From IMG/VR virus record IMGVR_UViG_3300036830_000158, positions 1-63,581 of that record: 63,581 nt of DNA. One strand, 5' to 3'. The notes below the pieces were generated by a model that was not told where the DNA came from, made no database searches, and worked only from the letters and a program-made list of their open reading frames with translations. The position numbers were made by a program, and so were the translations under genes. The first letter of the stretch is position 1; the number at the start of each line of letters is the position of its first letter. This document shows, in pieces, positions 62,931-63,581 of the stretch. This DNA comes from a virus (taxonomy: Duplodnaviria > Caudoviricetes).

Positions 62931-63310
62931 TCAGAACTGGGGATCTGTTCCGGAACCGGGGCGCCCGTATCCGCCGGCGTGCCGGAAACAATCAGCGATG
63001 CGAGCCGATCCTGATTGGCGGTCATGGCGTCGTTGAACGCCTGCAGCTTGGCGATATCGGCGCCTTCGGCCTGAAGCTCCGCGGTGAGCTTGGCCTGGGC
63101 GGTGACATTGGCGTCGATGAACGCCTTGATCGCGTCGATGATCGAGGTTTCGCGAGAAACGGCGTCGCCGATAGCGGCGATGGTTGCGTCTGTGGTCTGG
63201 GTCATTTTACTGAATTCTCCTATCAGGTGTTCGAGCGCGGTCTCGATCCGATCCAGCCGGCGCTCAAGGGCCGGATCGGTCAGGTGACGGATATTGATCG
63301 TGAACCCCAT
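62927..63310 (-). CDS. Coiled-coil hypothetical protein in the lysis cassette
   Basis: ORF abutting its neighbours. Confidence 0.55.
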   Translation of the reverse strand: MGFTINIRHLTDPALERRLDRIETALEHLIGEFSKMTQTTDATIAAIGDAVSRETSIIDAIKAFIDANVTAQAKLTAELQAEGADIAKLQAFNDAMTANQDRLASLIVSGTPADTGAPVPEQIPSSE

Positions 63311-63581
63311 TATTGGGCTACAGGCGTCACGGGCGGCGTCGCGATGGGCGCTGCCGGAGCAGCGGGCGCCGTCGTGAGGTTCTTGCTGGCGACGATGCGG
63401 CCATAGAACGCCCAGATCGCCAGACCCATCTGAATCAGATTGATGGCCTCAACCGGGCCGTTGGTCTGAATTTGCGTGCCGGTCGCGGCGTCGATGAGGC
63501 CGAATCCGACGGCAATTCCGACCGCCATCTGCAAAATGCTGGCCCAGATCGTTTGTGAGAGATACCAGGGTTTTGTGTCGT
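63310..63581 (-). CDS. Holin-like membrane protein, 3' part (starts at 138 via the circular junction)
   Basis: ...QMAVGIAVGFGLID...GLAIWAFYGRIVA. Confidence 0.6.
   Translation of the reverse strand, partial: DTKPWYLSQTIWASILQMAVGIAVGFGLIDAATGTQIQTNGPVEAINLIQMGLAIWAFYGRIVASKNLTTAPAAPAAPIATPPVTPVAQ
63448..63581. repeat. Terminal direct repeat, right copy
   Basis: Matches 1-134 with one mismatch. Confidence 0.95.

Overview
This window is an apparently complete, circularly permuted temperate phage genome of about 63.4 kb. Bases 1-134 recur at 63448-63581 with one mismatch. It has P22-like podovirus head, tail and ejection genes, and probably infects an alphaproteobacterium (GcrA, BrnT/BrnA, high GC). 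The minus strand carries the lysis, tail, ejection, capsid, portal and terminase genes, then primase-helicase, a C5 methylase, SSB, class II RNR, GcrA and Cro. The plus strand carries CI, YqaJ/RecT, NUDIX, RusA, xis/int/attP and an accessory operon. Two candidate RNA-guided systems stand out. (1) At 49557-50919, a stand-alone RAMP/Cas7-like gene and a wHTH-like gene alternate with three intergenic tracts of strict 5-nt period (CGC-NN)n, which look like guide RNAs with a gapped code. (2) At 57318-62604 lies a hybrid CRISPR locus. It has a 673-aa TnpB/Cas12-like effector with all three RuvC acidic residues replaced and a DUF2695-like insert, type I-E cas1 and cas2, and a structured intergenic RNA with an anti-repeat. 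The array has 29 spacers (28-nt repeat, 33-nt spacers), and there is no Cascade, cas3 or cas6. All family calls come from motif recognition by eye; no database searches were run.
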